Shown: positions 57,822 to 64,000 of the stretch, in pieces
Layout of the letters: the number at the start of each line of letters is the position of its first letter
How positions within the stretch are numbered: position 1 is the stretch's first letter
Source: an uncultured Candidatus Rokubacteria bacterium
GTDB taxonomy: Bacteria; Methylomirabilota; Methylomirabilia; Rokubacteriales; DASRDR01
DNA length: 64,000 bases
Direction of reading: 5' to 3'
Assembly: GCA_963708025.1 (NCBI GenBank)
Contig: CAVPSB010000019.1
Span: forward strand, 160,001 to 224,000
Position numbers and translations under genes: made by a program
Notes under the pieces: model-generated
The model's database searches: none
What the model was told of the DNA's origin: nothing
Seen by the model: only the letters and a program-made list of their open reading frames with translations

Positions 57822-59880
57822 TCACTTGCCGTACAGGAACTCCGGCAGCCAGAGCGTCATGCCCGGCCAGATGTACATGAACACGAGGCAGATGCAGACG
57901 ATGATCATGTACGGCATCATGCCCGCGAAGATCTGGTTGAGGGTCACGTGCTTCGGCGCCACGCCCTTGAGGTAGAACGCCGACATCGCCACCGGCGGCG
58001 ACAGGAAGGCGGCCTGGAGGTTCACCGCGACCATGGTGCCGAACAGGATCGGGTCGACCTGGAAGTGGCTCAGCAGCGGGATGAAGATCGGGCAGAAGAT
58101 GACGATGATCTCGGTCCACTCCAGCGGCCAGCCGAGCAGGAAGATGATGAGCTGGGCCATGAACATGAAGCCCAGCGGCGACAGGTTCATGCTCAGCACC
58201 CAGCGCTCGATCAGCCCCTGGCCGCCGTGCAGCGCGAACACGGCGGAGAACAGCGCCGAGCCGACGAAGAGCCAGCACACCATCGCGGTCGTCTTGGCGG
58301 TGAGGAAGGTCGCTTGCTTCATGTTCTGCCGGAGCTCCGGTGAGGTCCGCAGGTACCAGAGGCCGGGCACGACGGTGCCCACGAGCGTCCCGCCGATCGA
58401 GCCCGCCACGAGCAGCGACGCGAAGTCTCTCGCCCTCGTACCATCCGAGCGCGATGCCGATGATCGACGCCGACCAGGCTCCACCACAAGACCGGACCGC
58501 AGATAGCGGCGCCATCACGGCCAGGTACATCGCGCCCAGGGCGCCGATCGCCGCCGACTCGGTGGCGGTGCAGATGCCGAACAGGATCACCGCGAGCACG
58601 ACGACGGTGAGCACGCCGAGCGGCACCACCGACGCGCACAGCTCCTTCAGGATCTCGAGCTGCTCGCCGTCCATGCGCCAGAAGTAGATCAGGAGCAGCA
58701 GACCCGGAGAACGCCGCCAACCCCCAGAACCACGCGTAGAAGTGCGCGGGGATCTTCCCGCGTCGCCGACGTCGCCGTGGGCTCCCTGAGCGACGTCATC
58801 TCCTCGGGCGGCCCCTCGGCCTTCGTCGTCCTGGCCGCCTCGGCCGGACTGCCGGCCGCCGCCCAGCTCCTGCGGCTTTTCCTCCTCGGTCGCCGCCCCC
58901 AGCTCCTGCGGCTTCTCTTCCTTGGCGGCGGCCGGCGCGGCGGGCCCCGTCGTGCCGGCCGCCGGGGCGGGCGTCGCCACCGGCGCGGTCGCCGCCGCGG
59001 CCGGCGCGTTGTAGATGACGACGTACCACCACGTCGCGGCGAACGTGCCGACGCGTCAGCACGATCGGCACCGACAGGACGAGCAGGTTCTTGGCGATCG
59101 CCGTAGCCGACACGCCGCGCCGAGCCCCGGCCGGAACGCGGCCGCGATGAGGCCAGGGACGACGCTTCGGGACCGCCCGCGCTCGAGGCGGCCGAGCCAC
59201 TCCGGCACGGCGACGCGGTACTGGTCGGGCGGCAGCTTGGGCGCGATCTTCGGATTGATGATCGCCCAGCCGAGGATGTAGACGAGGTAGAGGAACGTGA
59301 GGAAGAAGCCCGGCAGCATCGCCGCCGCGTAGAGCTTGACGATGGACTGGCCGGCCACCGCCGCGTAGACGATCAGCATCACCGACGGCGGGATCAGGAT
59401 GCCGAGCGTGCCGCCGGCGGTGATCGCCCCGGAGGCCAGCTTCACGTCGTAGCCCGCGTTCAGCATCGGCCGCATCGCGATCACGCCCATCAGCACGACC
59501 ACGGCGCCCACGATGCCGGACGCGATCCCCCAGAACGCGCAGACCAGGAGCGTGGTCACCGCCAGCGAGGCGGGGACGCGGCGGAACGCGAGCTGGACGC
59601 TGTGGAACATCCGGTCCACCAGCGCCGCCCGCTCCATGATGTAGCCCATGAAGACGAACAGCGGGACCGACAGCAGGGTGTCGTTGGTCATGACCCCGTA
59701 CGTCCGCTGCACGATCAGATCGAAGACGCGGTTCTGGTACCAGTGCCCGGCCGGGTTCCAGAACGCGATGTAGCCGAAGACCATCCCGAGGCCCATCAGC
59801 GTGAACGCGGTCGGGAAGCCCATCATGATCGCGACCACGATGAGCCCCAGCATGGTGAGGCCGAGGGAGGGATCGCTCAC
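57822..59880 (-). CDS. dctM: TRAP transporter large permease (multiple frameshifts)
   Basis: GFPTAFTL, GTLGILIPPSVML, TATESAAIGA, FLLGWPLEWTEI, FLSPPVAMSAFYLKG. Confidence 0.88.
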
Positions 59881-60547
59881 GGGTTCTTGTGCTCGACCGC
59901 GCTGCGGTGCGCGGGCGGCCTCGTCGATGGCGTGGGCGCCCTCCATGGCGATCCGTCGCGACTCCTCGTCCACGTACTCGCTGTGCGCGAGCTGCGTATC
60001 GATGACGTCGATCTCCTCGACGTCCTCGAGCCGCGCGGGCCAGGCGCCGGTCCGCAGGCACTCGATGCAGCGGACGATCTCGGCCAGCCCCTGCAGCATC
60101 ACCAGCACGCCGGCCAGCGGGATCACCGTCTTGAAGTGGTAGACGGGCGGCCCCTCGGCGGTCACCGTCGAGTGCTCCCCGATGCGCCAGGAGAGGGCGG
60201 CGTAGTCGTACCCCGCGTAGATCAGCCCGAGGATGCCTGGGACGAAGAACAGGAGGTACAGCGCCAGGTCCAGCGCCGCCTGCTGCGCGCGGACGCAGGT
60301 AGATGTACACGAAGTCGGCGCGTACGTGCCCGGCCGCCGCCAGCGTGTAGGCCCCGCACATCATGAACAGCGTGCCGTACAGCATGTTGTTGAAGTCGAA
60401 GATCCAGGCCGTCGGCGCGTTGAGGATGTACCGCTTGAAGACCTCGATGGAGACCACGAACGTCAGGGCGACGATCAGCCACGCGAAGGCCTTGCCCGAC
60501 CAGTAGCTGATCTGGTCGATGGTCCGGATCAGACGCAGGGCGCTCAT
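59877..60547 (-). CDS. dctQ: TRAP transporter small permease (frameshifts)
   Basis: EVFKRYILNAPTAW, AYTL...HVRADF, YHFKTVIP, LQGLAEI. Confidence 0.85.
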
Positions 60548-60645
60548 CACGGCCGGGAAGAGACCAGCCACCCGGCGAGCGCCGGATGGCTGGTGCGATG
60601 GTTGGCCGGGGTCACGGAACGACTGGAAGCGTCAAAGCGGTTGGG

Positions 60646-60717
60646 GGCGGGGCCGAGGAGCGCAGCGCCAGCACGCGGACGAGCCGGATGACCGTTGCTA
60701 CGCTCATCGGCACCGCC
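60646..60717. repeat. Family D palindrome, internally shortened copy
   Basis: GGCGGGGCCGAGGAGCGCAGCG...CGCTCATCGGCACCGCC; the arms match those of 25071-25194. Confidence 0.75.
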
Positions 60718-60719
60718 GG

Positions 60720-61851
60720 TTAGCCCTTCTTGCCGAAGTAGTGGTTGTAGGCCATGCGCCGGCTGACGTTGGTGTCTAGGTCCCACTTCACCGCGCGCTC
60801 GGCGAACTTGTGCTGCGAGTCGGCGATCTCCTTGAACATCGGGTTGTCGGCCGACTTCTTCGCCGCGACCTCGTCGTAGATCTCGAGCTGCTTCTGGAGG
60901 ACCGAGTCCGGGGTCTTGTAGAACCGGACCTTGTCCTTGGTCTGCAGCTCGATGTAGTCCTTCGAGTAGCGGTCGATCGCCTTCCACGACATGTCGGCCG
61001 AGCCGCCTCCACGGCGTTCTCGATGATCGCCTTCATCTTGTCCGGCAGCGCGTCGAACTTGGTCTTGTTGAAGCGTGATCTCGAACTGCTCGGCGTTCTG
61101 GTGGTAGCTCTGCAGCATGCAGACCTTGGAGACGTCGGCGAAGCCGAGGATCCGGTCGGAGGTCGCGTTGTTGAACTCGGCGGCGTCGAGGAGCCCCCGG
61201 TCCATCGCCGGCACGATCTCGCCGCCGGGCAGCGCGTTCACCGCCGCCCCCAGGCCCGTGAACACGTCGATCGAGATGCCGACGGTGCGGAACTTGAGGC
61301 CCTTGAAGTCGTCGGCCTTGGTGATCGGCTTCTTGAACCAGCCGAGCGGCTGGGTCGGCATCGGGCCGTAGGGGAAGGACACGACGTTGGCGCCGATGGA
61401 GGCGTAGAGCTTGTTCAGCAGCTCCTTGCCGCCGCCGTACTTGTGCCAGGCGAGCAGCATGTTGGCGTCCATGCCGTAGGCCGGGCCCGAGCCCCACAGC
61501 GCGAGCGCGGTCTGCTTGCCGTAGTGGTACACGAGCACGCCGTGGCCGCCGTCGAGCGTGCCCTTCGACACCGCGTCGAGCAGGCCGAAGGCCGGCACCA
61601 CCGCGCCGGCCGGCAGCACCTCGATCTTGAGGTCGCCGCCGGTCATGTCGTTGACCTTCTTGGCGAAGTCGTTCGCGTACTCGTGGAAGATGTCCTTCGG
61701 CCGGCCAGGTGCTCTGCCAGCGCATCGAGATGGGTCCCTGGGCCTTGACCACCATCGGGAAGCCCAGCGCCGCCGCGCCCGTGGCCGCTGCCGCCGCGCT
61801 CCTCAGGAACCGGCGGCGCGACGTTTCGGTGACTGCGTGTGCATCGTTCAT
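60720..61851 (-). CDS. dctP: TRAP substrate-binding protein, TakP-like, Tat-exported (frameshifts)
   Basis: SRRRFLR..AAALGFPMVVKAQ, MRWQSTWP, LPAGAVVPAF, GWFKKPI, LPGGEI. Confidence 0.88.
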
Positions 61852-61954
61852 GTGCACCCCCTCCTGGTCGGTGACTTGAAGTGCCCCCGCCACAGCCGAT
61901 CGTGTAGCGCCGCTGCCCCCTGGCTCGGCGGCCGGACGGTCAGACCACGCCAAG

Positions 61955-61984
61955 ACCCTAGCGAGCGAGGGCCGACCTTGTCAA
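61955..61984 (-). promoter_or_regulatory. Putative sigma70 promoter for the TRAP operon
   Basis: TTGACA-18 nt-TAGGGT. Confidence 0.6.
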
Positions 61985-62074
61985 GCCGTTTACTGACGAA
62001 ACGCCGGGACCCTGCCGTCCGTTCCTGGGCACAGGCCGCCGGGCCGGGAGGCCGGGACGTGGGCGGGCCCGGCT

Positions 62075-62311
62075 TCACACCGCCTGGGCGACCGCGACCC
62101 GGAACCCGTAACGCCAGAGCGGATCCTCGTCGGCGGCGCTCGCGCGACGGTCCCGCTGCCGGCGGTCGTCGGGCGGCTCCGGTTCTCGCCGCCGCCGCCG
62201 CTCGCCGTGGCGCCGGTCCATGACGACCGTCACCTCCGGCTCCTGGAAGTGGTCCTGGAGATAGCTGAAGAGAGCCGGCTCGTCGCGCTTGACGACGACG
62301 AGGAACGCCAT
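62075..62311 (-). CDS. Small hypothetical protein with DRR/ERR arginine-rich repeats
   Basis: GGGAGG RBS; VVMDRRHGERRRR...DDRRQRDRR; upstream TTGCGA-17 nt-TACAGT promoter. Confidence 0.7.
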   Translation of the reverse strand: MAFLVVVKRDEPALFSYLQDHFQEPEVTVVMDRRHGERRRRREPEPPDDRRQRDRRASAADEDPLWRYGFRVAVAQAV

Positions 62312-62478
62312 GTCCCCCTCCCGCCCGGGCGTCTGGGTTGCGCGGTGACCGCACTGTAGCAGGGGGGGCCGGGGGTCGCAAGGCCGAATCCGGGCCTTGA
62401 CCGCCTCGCCTGTCCGGTGTAATCAGGGGAAGGCGCCCTTTGCAGTCCCGGCCGGACTCCTGAAGAGGAGGAGGTCTC

Positions 62479-63003
62479 ATGCAGCTCAGTGGCAGGCGGG
62501 TCGCGATCCTGGCCGAGAACCTGTACCAGGAGATGGAGCTCTGGGTGCCGTACTACCGGCTGAAGGAGGAAGGCGCGGAGGTCCACGTGGTCGGCGCCGG
62601 TGGAGCCAAGTCCTACACCTCCAAGCACGGCTACCCGGTCAACGTCGACAAGCAGGCCGAGCAGGTCAACGCGGTGGAATACGACGCCGTGGTCATCCCG
62701 GGCGGCTTCGCCCCCGACATGATGCGGCGGTCGCCGGCGATGGTGAAGCTGGTGCGCGAGGCGCACGAGCACGGCAAGCTGGTGGCGGCCATCTGCCACG
62801 CCGGCTGGATGCCGGCGTCGGCCGGCATCCTGAAGGGCAAGCGGGCGACCAGCTTCTTCTCGATCAAGGACGACATGGCCAACGCCGGCGCCACCTGGGT
62901 CGACGAGGAGGTGGTGGTGGACGGCAACCTGATCACCTCCCGCAAGCCCGACGACCTGCCGGCGTTCTGCCGGGAGATCGTGAAGGCGCTCGCCAAGAAG
63001 TAG
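62479..63003 (+). CDS. PfpI/DJ-1 family (type 1 glutamine amidotransferase-like) protein
   Basis: YQEMEL, YDAVVIPGGFAPD, AAICHAG, VDGNLITSRKPDDLPAF. Confidence 0.94.
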   Translation: MQLSGRRVAILAENLYQEMELWVPYYRLKEEGAEVHVVGAGGAKSYTSKHGYPVNVDKQAEQVNAVEYDAVVIPGGFAPDMMRRSPAMVKLVREAHEHGKLVAAICHAGWMPASAGILKGKRATSFFSIKDDMANAGATWVDEEVVVDGNLITSRKPDDLPAFCREIVKALAKK

Positions 63004-63023
63004 CGTCCCCCGGGACCTGCCGG

Positions 63024-63051
63024 AAGGGAGAGGCCCTCGCCTCTCCCTTTT
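63024..63051 (+). terminator. Intrinsic terminator-like hairpin between convergent genes
   Basis: AAGGGAGAGG-CCCTCG-CCTCTCCCTTTT. Confidence 0.55.
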
Positions 63052-63056
63052 CGCGT

Positions 63057-64000
63057 TCAGCGGCCGGGTTTTGCCGGCGCCGAGAGGGCGCGGAGGCTCG
63101 CCTCGGCGCGGCGGCGGAGCTCGCCGTTCGGCTCGACGGCGACGTAGCGCTGGAGCGCCTCCCGGGCCCGCGCGCCGTCGCGCTCGGCCTCCCAGAGGGC
63201 CGCGATCTCGAGCCAGGCGCGCGCATGGCCAGGGAAGGCGCGGCCCGTCTCCTCCCACGCCGTGATCGCCAGCCGACGCTCCCCCATCCGCTCGAGCAGG
63301 CGCGCCCGCTCCTCGTGCAGCGGGAGGCTCCACGGCATCAAGTCGCGTGCCCGCCGGAGGTCGTGCTCGGCCCAGCGCAGGTGGCCGACCGCGACGCGCA
63401 GGCGGGCCTGGCGCTGGAGGCGCTGGCCCTCGCCCTCGTCGAGCTGGGTGGCCGCCCATCGCTCCAGGCGCGCCTCGGCGGGGCGGCCGAGCCGGTCGAG
63501 CGCGGCCGCGAGGGCGACGCGCCCCCGGGTGTCGTCGCGGCGAGCCAGGGCGGCCCGCAGGAGCGCCTCGGCCCCGGCGGCGTCGCCGAGGGCGAGCTGG
63601 GTGAGCCCCGCGACCAGGGCCGCGCCCGGGTGGTCGGTCGCCAGGCCGGCCAGCCGGGCGGCCGCCTCGCGGTACGCGCCCTGCCGGTAGTCGAGCATGG
63701 CGGCCTGGATCTTCGCCTCCAGATCGCCTCGCGCCTCGGCTCGGCGGAGGAGGGCCCGGGCCTCGGCCAGCTCCCCCCGGGCCTCGAGGCGCGCCGCGAG
63801 GTCGCCAAGCGCGGCCGGATGATCGGGCTCGAGGGCGAGGGCCGCCCGCGCGCGCTGCTCGGCGGCCGCGTCCTGCCCCAGCGCTGCCGCCGCCCGGCCG
63901 GCGACCATGAGGAGGTCGGCCCGCGGCCCCTGGCGAAGCGCCGCGCCGGCGAAGGCGGCCGCCTGGTCGGGGCGGTCCCGTTCGAGGAGCCGCGTGGCCA
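63057..64000 (-). CDS. TPR-repeat protein, 3' part (start lies beyond the window)
   Basis: Ala-rich helical repeats: ALALEPDHPAALGDLA, AREALQRYVAVEPNG. Confidence 0.75.
   Translation of the reverse strand, partial: ATRLLERDRPDQAAAFAGAALRQGPRADLLMVAGRAAAALGQDAAAEQRARAALALEPDHPAALGDLAARLEARGELAEARALLRRAEARGDLEAKIQAAMLDYRQGAYREAAARLAGLATDHPGAALVAGLTQLALGDAAGAEALLRAALARRDDTRGRVALAAALDRLGRPAEARLERWAATQLDEGEGQRLQRQARLRVAVGHLRWAEHDLRRARDLMPWSLPLHEERARLLERMGERRLAITAWEETGRAFPGHARAWLEIAALWEAERDGARAREALQRYVAVEPNGELRRRAEASLRALSAPAKPGR

Overview
Very GC-rich bacterial chromosomal window from a diderm organism (msbA, WaaL-like and PagL-like genes). The gene content suggests Candidatus Rokubacteria/Methylomirabilota, which is an inference. 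Many scattered single-base frameshifts look like long-read or polishing errors. In order, the window holds: an ArsR-led hydrogenase-4/Ehr-like membrane complex operon with the gene order of M. tuberculosis Rv0081-Rv0087; stress genes (two USPs, Zn-ADH, OsmC, HtrA); a ComDE-like TPP decarboxylase pair; ccsA-like/hemA/hemL; an IorAB-type molybdoenzyme; pdxST; nadE; LPS genes; a Dpp-type and a Liv-type ABC importer; a nicotinate-catabolism-like cluster (NdhF, fused NdhS-L-M, enamidase, DUF1185, LLM oxidoreductase) interrupted by glgP; mrp; an amidase with a TRAP transporter; PfpI; and a TPR gene. The main non-coding signal is a dense set of at least five families of small palindromic or MITE-like elements (about 20 copies). 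Most begin at or within a few bases of a stop codon, they share nested modules, and some appear to supply stop codons or Shine-Dalgarno sites or to sit in a promoter. I saw no tRNA, rRNA, CRISPR array or transposase.
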